A stretch of DNA of 64,000 nt from an uncultured bacterium (lineage in GTDB: Bacteria > Desulfobacterota > DSM-4660 > Desulfatiglandales > JALVMZ01), in assembly GCA_965613025.1 (NCBI GenBank), contig CBFDUE010000004.1:11411-75410 (forward strand). Reading direction: 5' to 3'. Under the pieces are notes generated by a model. The model was not told where the DNA came from, searched no databases, and saw only the letters and a list, made by a program, of their open reading frames with translations. A program made the position numbers and the translations under genes. Shown here one piece after another: positions 1-9,282 of this stretch; within the stretch, counting starts at the first letter, position 1; each line of letters begins with the position of its first letter.

Positions 1-319
1 CTCGTCTATCCACAAACCTCTTTATCCTGCTAAACATCTCTTCATTTAATCTAAGGGGTCTATTAAGCACTTCTGCCACTATCTCATTGGTTATATCATC
101 TTCAGTGGATCCCAGCCCACCTGTGATTATCACAAATTCAGACTTTCTTATAGCCTCTTTCAAGGCAACCTTTGCCTTTTCCATATCATCACCAACTGTA
201 GTAATCTTCTGAACCTTGAGTCCCGATGCAGTTAGCCTGCCAGCAGCATACCATGCATTAATATCCAGTGTCCTTCCCGACAGTAGCTCATTTCCAATGG
301 TTATGATTTCACCAAACAT
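1..319 (-). CDS. cinA: CinA-like protein, N-terminal MoCF-binding domain (partial; 3' end lies beyond the window start)
   Basis: Own translation of the minus strand from the ATG at 319-317 gives MFGEIITIGNELLSGRTLDINAWYAAGRLTASGLKVQKITTVGDD...FVIITGGLGSTEDDITNE, a typical CinA N-terminus. It is absent from the ORF track because no stop falls inside the window. It lies directly downstream of pgpA. Confidence 0.8.
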   Translation of the reverse strand, partial: MFGEIITIGNELLSGRTLDINAWYAAGRLTASGLKVQKITTVGDDMEKAKVALKEAIRKSEFVIITGGLGSTEDDITNEIVAEVLNRPLRLNEEMFSRIKRFVDRR

Positions 320-343
320 AGTCTAAGTTAATATTTTAGTTCA

Positions 344-814
344 TTAAAGAAAAAATAACCTAAGTGCCATATTGGAATAGATTCCAGCTGCCACATCATC
401 TATTACAATGGATATACCACCACTCAGGTTTCTTTCAAGCCATCTTATGGGATATGGCTTTATTATATCAAATATCCTAAATAAGATAAATCCCCAAAAG
501 AGTGTCACAAAGCTTAGCTTTATAAAAAAGAAGGTTACAAAGATTCCTGCCACTTCATCAAGGATTATCTCAGAAGGATCAGGTATTCTCAGAGCTTCTA
601 CCATCTTATGGGATGACCATATGGCTAAAGGGATTATTAAAAGAAGCACAAGCTCCTTGATGTGAAAGTACTCAGATATGATAACAAATGGTATGGCCAG
701 CAATGATCCATAGGTTCCTGTAGGCCCAGGCATATATCCCAGATGGGCACAGGTAGAGAGCATCTCTGGAATAATCTTTTTTCTGTAAGATCTATTAGAT
801 TCTCTATTTTGCAT
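344..814 (-). CDS. pgpA: phosphatidylglycerophosphatase A
   Basis: 156 aa membrane protein with PgpA-like motifs (GTYGSLLAIP, DEVAGI, FRIFDIIKPYPI, VIDDVAAGIY). Overlaps the larC stop by 11 nt. Confidence 0.85.
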   Translation of the reverse strand: MQNRESNRSYRKKIIPEMLSTCAHLGYMPGPTGTYGSLLAIPFVIISEYFHIKELVLLLIIPLAIWSSHKMVEALRIPDPSEIILDEVAGIFVTFFFIKLSFVTLFWGFILFRIFDIIKPYPIRWLERNLSGGISIVIDDVAAGIYSNMALRLFFL

Positions 815-1976
815 TTAAGGAGGTAACCCACATATATATCTCTTTTAAAGAGATACGCTGTTCTTGAGCAATCCTCTTACACTCTTCAAATTCTGGAAAT
901 ATATTAATCTTTCCATTTACATCCTTTACCTCTTTTACCTTTATCTTTCCCCATGGAGATTCCACCTCTCTTTGCATTCTTTCAAGCACTCTCCTTTTCA
1001 TAAAACCATACCTTACTCCCAATGTGGAAGATTCTGAAAATATGATCTTTATCAATGAATCAATGCTCTCCATGGTGCCTATTACCTGAAGGATACACCC
1101 AGGTCTGTTCTTTTTCATGTATGCAGGAATAAGTGTCACATCAAGCGCTCCTTCATTTAAAAGCCTTTCCATGAGATATCCAAGCCATTCAGGATTAGAG
1201 TCATCAATATTTGCCTCAAGTACTGTAACATTGTCTGAAATAGTTCTTATAGTGGGTCTGCCATAGATTATTCTAAGCAGGTTTGGCCTTTGAGGGAAAT
1301 CCCTGCTTCCCAGTCCATAACCTATGGCATCGATTTCCATATCTGGAAGATTTCCAAAATCATCGCATAAAGCCTTGATCAATAGGGCTCCTGTTGGGGT
1401 TACAAGCTCTTCTCTGATGCCACTTCCATATACAGGGGCATCTTTTAGAAGCTCCAATGTGGCAGGGGAGGGTATGGGTATGATTCCATGATTTCCTTTG
1501 ATATTGCCATATCCTAAGGGAAGTGGTGAACATATGATCCTTTCTATCTTTAAATAATCTATGGAAAATAGCGCTCCTACCACATCCACTATGGTATCAT
1601 AGCTTCCGAGTTCATGGAAATGGACATTATCCAAAGAGATATTGTGGATCTTTGCCTCTGCTTTTGCAAGGGTCTTAAAGATCTCTCTCACCCTATTTTT
1701 AAAATCAGAGGGAAGCCTTGACTCTAAGACCATACTATCCATCTCTTTCCAGCTTTTGACCTTTCCGCTATCTTCACCCTTTACCTCTAATCTGATTCCC
1801 GAAATTCCATGCCTATCTTCTCTTATGGGCTTAAGCTCTATGGAGGATTGTGTAATTATTAATTTCAGGAATCTCTTAATTTCTTCAATGGGAACTCCCA
1901 GGTCAATACATGCTCCCAAGAACATGTCACCACTTATTCCAGAGATGCAATCCAGATATGCTATCTTATCTGCCAT
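804..1976 (-). CDS. larC: LarC-family nickel insertion protein (DUF111)
   Basis: 390 aa. The N-terminus IAYLDCISGISGDMFLGACIDLGVP is the LarC/DUF111 signature, and the length is typical. Confidence 0.8.
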   Translation of the reverse strand: MADKIAYLDCISGISGDMFLGACIDLGVPIEEIKRFLKLIITQSSIELKPIREDRHGISGIRLEVKGEDSGKVKSWKEMDSMVLESRLPSDFKNRVREIFKTLAKAEAKIHNISLDNVHFHELGSYDTIVDVVGALFSIDYLKIERIICSPLPLGYGNIKGNHGIIPIPSPATLELLKDAPVYGSGIREELVTPTGALLIKALCDDFGNLPDMEIDAIGYGLGSRDFPQRPNLLRIIYGRPTIRTISDNVTVLEANIDDSNPEWLGYLMERLLNEGALDVTLIPAYMKKNRPGCILQVIGTMESIDSLIKIIFSESSTLGVRYGFMKRRVLERMQREVESPWGKIKVKEVKDVNGKINIFPEFEECKRIAQEQRISLKEIYMWVTSLNAK

Positions 1977-2022
1977 ATCTTAGAGTTGACATATATTCTG
2001 TGCCTTAATTATCAATTTATCA

Positions 2023-2379
2023 ATGAAAAAGAGATCATCCAGCGAGAGCTTTGAATTTTTCAAAGCTCTCATAAAAAATGGTTTTCAAAATAAGAGGTTC
2101 AGGGATCTAAATCATAGGACATATCTTGCTGGTATGAAGCAGGTAAAGGTATTTGCCATGTTTATGCCATTGATGGAACTGATCTCCTCCTTAGCCATAG
2201 CACTTATAATCTGGTATGGGGGAGGAGAGGCACTCAGAAAGGATATATCTGAAAAATACAATATCATGCAGGCAGCCATGGCATCTTGGGAGAGAAATTT
2301 AGACTATATGGAATATGAAAAGAAAGGGAAAGATCTACCCTTTCCTTATGAGAATTTTAAAACAAAATGGTTGACCTAA
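2023..2379 (+). pseudogene. remnant of an MsbA-like ABC exporter (part of the transmembrane domain only; no nucleotide-binding domain)
   Basis: FQNKRFRDLNHRTYLAGMKQVKVFAMFMPLMELISSLAIALIIWYGGGEAL aligns by eye with the TM4-TM5 region of ABC exporters. AAMASWERNLDYMEYEKKGKD..PYENF resembles the TMD-NBD linker. The N-terminal TMs, an internal stretch and the whole NBD are missing. The first codons run through a palindromic repeat element. Confidence 0.6.
2041..2078. repeat. 38-nt palindromic element, copy 1 (12-bp stem GAGAGCTTTGAA / 3-nt loop / TTCAAAGCTCTC, followed by an A-run)
   Basis: 2041-2078 (agcgagagctttgaatttttcaaagctctcataaaaaa) equals the reverse complement of 32753-32790 at 37 of 38 positions. 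Confidence 0.85.
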
Positions 2380-2407
2380 GATGAGTCGTTGATATCATCG
2401 TCATTGA

Positions 2408-3652
2408 ATGGCAGAAGTAAGAGAAAAGAGAAGATTTCCAAGGAGAGTAGTGGATTATTTTGTAAGATTTTCCTGCAACAGAGAGAGAGAGGCAAAGGTA
2501 AAAGACTTCAGTCAAGGGGGGCTTAGACTTGTATCTTCCTATGGGTTTCCAAAGGGCTCTCAGATTGATCTTTGGATCCCCAAGGGGGAAGAGAGGCTTT
2601 CAGTTGAAGGGAAGATAGTCCATATAAGGCAGGTAGAGGAATTTCATATAGCAGGACTTGAATTTTTATCAGACGATCCCTCTATTATTAATAAGGTTAT
2701 TAGTGTCCTTAAAGCTTCAACTCTTAAAAACCTAAGAAAGGATCCAAGAACACCTCTTAATTCATCCATATCCTTTTATTCTTCTTCCAGCATGGGCGGA
2801 GGCAGAATCCTTGATCTAAGTGCAGGTGGTGCAAAGCTATTATGCCCTAAGCCTATTACAGTGGGAGATCAATTGGAGCTATTTTTTATTGTGTATGAAA
2901 GACCTATTGTTACATCTGGAAGGGTGGTCAGGGTAAATAAGACAGATAGGGCCTATGAATTGGGAATATCTTTTAGCGGCTCCTATAAGGCAGAGATTGA
3001 ATATATACTTAAGAATTTAATAGGAAAGAGATCTAAGGAGAGGAGGAGATATGAGAGATACCTCTGTGATTATCCTGCCATCTACCATCAGATAGAGGAG
3101 GCCTGGGCACATGTACTGGATGTCAGCTATGGGGGGATGAGAATAGAGACAGGGCATGAACTGGAAGAGGGCAAAGAGATGGAGCTTTCTATACCATTGG
3201 AAGGTAGATATATTATTACATCTGCACTCATCAAAAGGGTGGTGAAAAAGGGGGGATGTTTTGAAGCAGGTCTTAGCTTAGAGGCCATATCATCCAAGGA
3301 TATGAGGGAGCTACTCCTATTTTTTGAACAGAGACAGAAAAGGGAAAAGAGAAGGTATGAAAGGATTCCTGGTAAGCTACCCGTCTCTTTCTGCCATTTG
3401 AGACCTGCGGTGGGAACTGTAATGGATATAAATGCAGGAGGAATCAGACTCAGGACAGTTGAAGATCTGGATATGCAATCTGAGATAGAGATCCTCTTTC
3501 CTTTAGAGGGCAATTCAGTCTTTGTTAAAGGAACCGTTAAGAATAAGCGAAGAATGAGGAGCTTCTATGAGCTTGGCATATCATTTACACGTATAGATGA
3601 TGCAGACAGAGTGAGATTGCTGGAATTTTTCAAAAAGAGATCCATATTTTAA
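2408..3652 (+). CDS. four-PilZ-domain protein (putative c-di-GMP receptor)
   Basis: Four tandem units each carry RxxxR plus (D/N)xSxxG. These are RRFPR...DFSQGG, RKDPR...DLSAGG, RRYER...DVSYGG and RRYER...DINAGG (the last has S->N). Confidence 0.8.
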   Translation: MAEVREKRRFPRRVVDYFVRFSCNREREAKVKDFSQGGLRLVSSYGFPKGSQIDLWIPKGEERLSVEGKIVHIRQVEEFHIAGLEFLSDDPSIINKVISVLKASTLKNLRKDPRTPLNSSISFYSSSSMGGGRILDLSAGGAKLLCPKPITVGDQLELFFIVYERPIVTSGRVVRVNKTDRAYELGISFSGSYKAEIEYILKNLIGKRSKERRRYERYLCDYPAIYHQIEEAWAHVLDVSYGGMRIETGHELEEGKEMELSIPLEGRYIITSALIKRVVKKGGCFEAGLSLEAISSKDMRELLLFFEQRQKREKRRYERIPGKLPVSFCHLRPAVGTVMDINAGGIRLRTVEDLDMQSEIEILFPLEGNSVFVKGTVKNKRRMRSFYELGISFTRIDDADRVRLLEFFKKRSIF

Positions 3653-3767
3653 TCCCGGATTTCGCAAGTATCCGTGATTTACTTTGGGGCTTACGCCCCA
3701 AACCCCAGATTAAAAATCACCAAAATGATAAGTGCTTAAAGACAAAAAAGAAACATTTACTTTTATA

Positions 3768-3797
3768 AACCCGAATTACTTGCATAATTCGGGTTTA
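3768..3797. terminator. hairpin between the convergent PilZ gene and mnmG (12-bp perfect stem aaacccgaatta / taattcgggttt, 6-nt loop)
   Basis: Perfect inverted repeat 5 nt beyond the mnmG stop. U-runs are weak on both sides, so terminator function is inferred from position only. Confidence 0.5.
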
Positions 3798-3802
3798 TAT
3801 AC

Positions 3803-5677
3803 TTAGGCCATCTTATTTTTCTTTAAAAAGATATGTATTGCCATTATGGCGGCAGGAGTTATTCCAGATATTCTGGATGCCTGCCCCAGTGATATGGGTC
3901 TTATCTTTGAAAGCTTTTCCCTCACCTCCCTTGAAAGCCCATGAATCCTGTTATAGTCAAGATCTTGTGGTATCTTTATCTCTTCCATCTTCTTAAGCCT
4001 TTCAACCTCCCTCTTCTGCCTTTCAATATAGCCTTCATATTTGATCCTTATCTCCACCTCTTCTAATACCTCTTCTGATACCTCTCTTAGCCTTTCATCA
4101 AAGGTAGCGATATCCTGGATGCTGAGTTCATTTCTCTTTAAGAGCTGTGCCAGAGAGGTGGTATTCTTTATTGGTGCACTTCCAAGCGCCTTAAGCCTAT
4201 CCTGAACCGAGTTTTGAGGTCGTAATTTTACCTCATTTAATAAGGTCATAAGCCTTTCTACATCTTTCCTCTTTTTAGTAAATTTTCTGTATATCTCGTC
4301 AGATACAAGTCCAAGCCTTCTACCCAGATCCATTAGCCTAAAGTCAGCATTGTTCTCTCTTAAAAGTAGCCTGTACTCTGCCCTTGATGTAAACATCCTA
4401 TAGGGTTCCTTTGTGCCTTTGGTGATCAGGTCATCTATAAGGACTCCGATGTATGCCTGTGATCTGGGCAGGATCAGGGGATCCTCTTCCCTGATCTTTA
4501 AGACCGCATTTATCCCAGCTATGATACCCTGAGCTCCTGCCTCTTCATAGCCAGAAGTGCCATTTATCTGTCCTGCATGGAAAAGCCCTTCAATCCTTTT
4601 GGTTTCCAAAGTGGGCTTAAGCTGAATAGGATCTACATAGTCATATTCAATGGCATATCCAGGCCTGAGTATCTCTGCCTTTTCAAGCCCTTCAATGGAT
4701 CTTACCATCTTTATCTGCACATCTATAGGGAGGCTTGTGGGTATTCCATTTGGGTATATCTCAATGGTATTAAGACCTTCTGGCTCTAAGAATATCTGAT
4801 GCCTTTCTTTTTCAGGGAACTTTACCACCTTATCTTCAATGGAAGGGCAGTATCTTGCCCCAATTCCCTTTATTACACCTGTAAAGAGCGGGGATCTATC
4901 CAGCCCGCTTCTTATTATCTCATGGGTCTTCTGATTGGTATAGGTGATATAGCAGGGAAGTTGAGGAAGCGATATCTTTTCGGTAGATGCAGAAAAGAAT
5001 CTGGGCCTTTCATCCCCCTTTTGTATCTCTAAGTTAGAAAAATCGATTGTCCTTCCATTTAGTCTTGGTGTGGTCCCTGTCTTTAGCCTTCCCACTTCAA
5101 ATCCCAGCTCCTCAAGCTGTCTTGATAGATTTACAGAGGGAGGATCTCCCATCCTGCCTGCGGGAAAGTGCTCAAGCCCAATATGTATGAGTCCTCTTAA
5201 AAATGTCCCTGTTGTAAGTATCACACACTTTGCAAGAAATATCTCATGAAGATGGGTCTCTACCCCCTCTATCCTTCCATCCTTGACTAAAAGCCTCTCT
5301 ACCATCGCCTGTCTGAGATCCAGATTGCTCTGGCGTTCAAGTACGGATTTCATCCTTCTCCTATACATGTCTCTGTCATTCTGGGTTCGTGTCCCCTGAA
5401 CAGCCACCCCCTTTCTGGTATTAAGGGTTCTGAACTGGATTGCAGTTGCATCTGCATTTCTTGCCATCTCGCCGCCAAGTGCATCGATCTCTTTTACTAA
5501 ATGCCCTTTTGCAAGCCCCCCTACTGCAGGGTTGCAACTCATTGCACCAATGTGATCCAGATCAATAGTGAGCAAGAGCGTGGGATGCCCCATTCGGGCA
5601 CAGGCCAAAGCTGCCTCACACCCTGCATGCCCCCCTCCAACCACAATTACATCATATGGCTTTTCATATATACTCAT
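3803..5677 (-). CDS. mnmG: tRNA uridine 5-carboxymethylaminomethyl modification enzyme MnmG (GidA)
   Basis: [19 protein letters not shown]-binding N-terminus and full-length GidA-like sequence. The ORF is open to 5698, but the [10 protein letters not shown] start at 5677 fits the family N-terminus and avoids overlap with purA. Confidence 0.9.
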   Translation of the reverse strand: MSIYEKPYDVIVVGGGHAGCEAALACARMGHPTLLLTIDLDHIGAMSCNPAVGGLAKGHLVKEIDALGGEMARNADATAIQFRTLNTRKGVAVQGTRTQNDRDMYRRRMKSVLERQSNLDLRQAMVERLLVKDGRIEGVETHLHEIFLAKCVILTTGTFLRGLIHIGLEHFPAGRMGDPPSVNLSRQLEELGFEVGRLKTGTTPRLNGRTIDFSNLEIQKGDERPRFFSASTEKISLPQLPCYITYTNQKTHEIIRSGLDRSPLFTGVIKGIGARYCPSIEDKVVKFPEKERHQIFLEPEGLNTIEIYPNGIPTSLPIDVQIKMVRSIEGLEKAEILRPGYAIEYDYVDPIQLKPTLETKRIEGLFHAGQINGTSGYEEAGAQGIIAGINAVLKIREEDPLILPRSQAYIGVLIDDLITKGTKEPYRMFTSRAEYRLLLRENNADFRLMDLGRRLGLVSDEIYRKFTKKRKDVERLMTLLNEVKLRPQNSVQDRLKALGSAPIKNTTSLAQLLKRNELSIQDIATFDERLREVSEEVLEEVEIRIKYEGYIERQKREVERLKKMEEIKIPQDLDYNRIHGLSREVREKLSKIRPISLGQASRISGITPAAIMAIHIFLKKNKMA

Positions 5678-5681
5678 ATCT

Positions 5682-7001
<1,320 letters not shown>

Positions 7002-7039
7002 TTATATGACAAAAACCACATAATACAATTTAAAATTTT

Positions 7040-7073
7040 TTCCACTTCGTAAGTGGCCACTTACGAAGTGGAA
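7040..7073. promoter_or_regulatory. 34-bp perfect palindrome in the purA / phosphorylase divergent intergenic region (candidate operator)
   Basis: TTCCACTTCGTAAGTGG|CCACTTACGAAGTGGAA. Each half is itself a 6-3-6 palindrome (CCACTT-NNN-AAGTGG). It lies 56 nt upstream of the 7129 start and 69 nt upstream of the purA ATG. Confidence 0.45.
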
Positions 7074-7128
7074 GAACAGGCATTAACTCCTTTACCTTTA
7101 AGCAAATATCTATTATTTATCCCTCAAG

Positions 7129-7872
7129 GTGTATATGAATAGAGAGGAAGGAATAATATATCCAAGAAGGGGGAAGGGTGAGCCTTGTATTGAAGGTGAT
7201 GTATTGATGGTGCTCGTATCAGGTGAGCTCAATAGATTTAAAGAGCGTTTTAATGCCTTTCCCATATACAGGTTTGATTCAGAGATCTTTCATCTCTTTA
7301 AGGTGGATAAAGGGCCCTATATGGTAGGCCCCTTTTTAGGGGCACCTCAGGCAGTACTTGGCCTTGAAAAGATGATTGCACTTGGGGCAGAAAGGATCTG
7401 GGTATATGGATTCTGTGGTTCTATCCAGGAAGATATAGAGATTGGAGATATTATAGTTCCCCAAAGCTCAATTCCAGAAGAGGGGACTTCAGAACACTAT
7501 CCGGTGGATCTGGAAACCTGTAGAACTGATATGGAGATGAACAGCAGGATCCTTGAAATCTTAGATAAAAGGGGCCTAAGGTATCATAAAGGGAATATGT
7601 GGAGCATAGATGCGCCCTATAGGGAGACGCCTTCAAAGATACGGAGATATTGTGAGATGGGTATATTGGGTGTGGATATGGAGCTCTCTGCTCTGATTAC
7701 AGTTGCAACCTTTAGATCAGTGAAGATTGCGGGGTTGCTTCTGGTCTCTGATCTGCTTTTACCTTACAGATGGAAGCCGGGGTTCAGGGATAAGGAATTT
7801 AAGAGGGTATGTGGATTGATTCCAGATATCTTTAAAGATCTCCTTTTAAGGTCATGGAGAAGAGATGGATAG
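7129..7872 (+). CDS. PNP/UDP-family nucleoside phosphorylase-like protein
   Basis: 247 aa with a family-like core (GAPQAVLGLEKMIALGAERIWVYGFCGS, GDIIVP, SIDAPYRE, GVDMELSAL). The start may be the ATG at 7135 rather than the GTG at 7129. Confidence 0.7.
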   Translation: MYMNREEGIIYPRRGKGEPCIEGDVLMVLVSGELNRFKERFNAFPIYRFDSEIFHLFKVDKGPYMVGPFLGAPQAVLGLEKMIALGAERIWVYGFCGSIQEDIEIGDIIVPQSSIPEEGTSEHYPVDLETCRTDMEMNSRILEILDKRGLRYHKGNMWSIDAPYRETPSKIRRYCEMGILGVDMELSALITVATFRSVKIAGLLLVSDLLLPYRWKPGFRDKEFKRVCGLIPDIFKDLLLRSWRRDG

Positions 7873-9001
7873 AGAAATGAGTCAAGAGATAGAAAATCTG
7901 GAAAACAGGATAATGTATCATAGGTTTAGATATCATATCCTAAAGGATCCTGAAATAAACGATGAGGACTATGATAGATTATTGAATAGACTCATTGAGC
8001 TTAAAAGTAGATACGGCCTTGAAGATGCTCCTACATATAGATGGAAGAGGGACCTTAAAAGATATGTCATAAGAGATATGGAAAGGCTTATAGAGCTTTT
8101 AAATATTCAAAGGGATAGATATGACTCATTCATTGTTGAGCCTCTTTTAAAAGGTGTAGAGGTGGATCTACTCTATAGAGAGGGAAGGCTTATATCTGCA
8201 ATATCTGAAGATGATGAGCTCTTTCTACATATGTCCACCATCCTGGATGTTCCTTTACATATTTTTCCCCTATATGATAATCTCACCATTCCTCCATGGC
8301 TTACAGTTGGTATAAAGGTATATATGGAAAGGCAGGATCTAAATACATTAAATTCAGCACTTCAAAGCAGAGGCATTAGGGGTTTTAAAGACACATTTCA
8401 TGCGACCTCACATTCATTGAAAACTGATCCAAGGATTACTGCAAGAAGACCCCTTAAGATCTTTTGCTATTGGGCAAAGGCAGATTTTGGATGCGAATTT
8501 AAAAACCAGATTGAACTTATATCCTATCTTCAGAATCTGGGTTTTAGAATAAACCGAACGATGATTAGCACCTTTTCTAACCCATATGATATTGAGGAGA
8601 TCCATAAAGAGATAAGGGATGAAACAGATGAGCTTCCATACGATGTGGAAGGCATGGTAATAAGGGAAAACAGACCCCTTAAAGAGGATGGAACAGAACT
8701 CTTTATCCGATTCCTCTGGTCTCAAGAGGAGTCATCACTGAGATTTCTCTCCCTTCCCACACCTTCAAAGAATATATTTAAAGGTAAAAAGGTGTGTCTA
8801 AGTGGTTCCCTAAATTCCCTTTCATGGAATGAGATAAGGGAATATCTGGAATCCTTAGGTGCTAAGCTGGTCCATGAGCTATCATCTGACACTGATCTTC
8901 TCATCTTAGGTGATGCTCCTGGGCTAAAGCTAAGAGAAGCAAAAGAGATGGGTATTGAGATCATAGATGAAGCCACATTCTTTAAGATATTGGAGGGATA
9001 A
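7865..9001 (+). CDS. truncated, catalytically degenerate NAD+-dependent DNA ligase (LigA) paralogue: domain Ia + NTase-like fold + BRCT
   Basis: Collinear by eye with E. coli LigA at three points. Domain Ia is RYHILKDPEINDEDYDRL. The NTase region contains DPRITARRPLKIFCY. The BRCT region is KGKKVCLSGSL...LGAKL...TDLLILGDAPGLKLREAKEMGIEIIDEA. KxDG is replaced by LLKG. The OB, Zn-finger and HhH regions are absent (378 aa versus about 670). Confidence 0.75.
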   Translation: MDREMSQEIENLENRIMYHRFRYHILKDPEINDEDYDRLLNRLIELKSRYGLEDAPTYRWKRDLKRYVIRDMERLIELLNIQRDRYDSFIVEPLLKGVEVDLLYREGRLISAISEDDELFLHMSTILDVPLHIFPLYDNLTIPPWLTVGIKVYMERQDLNTLNSALQSRGIRGFKDTFHATSHSLKTDPRITARRPLKIFCYWAKADFGCEFKNQIELISYLQNLGFRINRTMISTFSNPYDIEEIHKEIRDETDELPYDVEGMVIRENRPLKEDGTELFIRFLWSQEESSLRFLSLPTPSKNIFKGKKVCLSGSLNSLSWNEIREYLESLGAKLVHELSSDTDLLILGDAPGLKLREAKEMGIEIIDEATFFKILEG

Positions 9002-9002
9002 G

Positions 9003-9281
9003 ATGGATAATGTCAGAATGCACCTGATTATAAAAGGAAGGGTTCAGGGGGTATTTTTTAGAGATTCCACAAGACAGGTGGCAAGGAGCTTAGGAGTTAC
9101 AGGATGGGTAAAAAACAGATGGGATGGCACTGTGGAAGTCGTTGTAGAGGGTTCAGAAGATAAGGTAAGAGAGCTGATTAAATGGTGTCATAAAGGGCCT
9201 CCTGCTGCCCGTGTTGACGGAGTGGATGTTAAGGAAGAGGAGTTCTTAGGCGAATTTGATAGCTTTGATATAGTCTATTGA
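9003..9281 (+). CDS. acyP: acylphosphatase
   Basis: VRMHLIIKGRVQGVFFRDSTRQVARSLGVTGWVKNRWDGTVEVVVEG is the acylphosphatase signature. Start chosen at MDNVRMH (9003). The ORF is open from 8967. Confidence 0.85.
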   Translation: MDNVRMHLIIKGRVQGVFFRDSTRQVARSLGVTGWVKNRWDGTVEVVVEGSEDKVRELIKWCHKGPPAARVDGVDVKEEEFLGEFDSFDIVY

Positions 9282-9282
9282 G

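Noticed and set aside
2044-2070. 12-bp-stem hairpins at 2044-2070 and 32761-32787 as Rho-independent terminators
   Set aside because: On the strand where a T-run is present, it precedes the hairpin. On the opposite strand the hairpin is followed by an A-run. Both copies lie upstream of gene starts, not downstream of stops.
8967-9002. Upstream extension of the acylphosphatase ORF (start at 8967)
   Set aside because: The extension overlaps the BRCT-coding end of the preceding gene and adds residues foreign to the acylphosphatase family. MDNVRMH at 9003 fits the family N-terminus.
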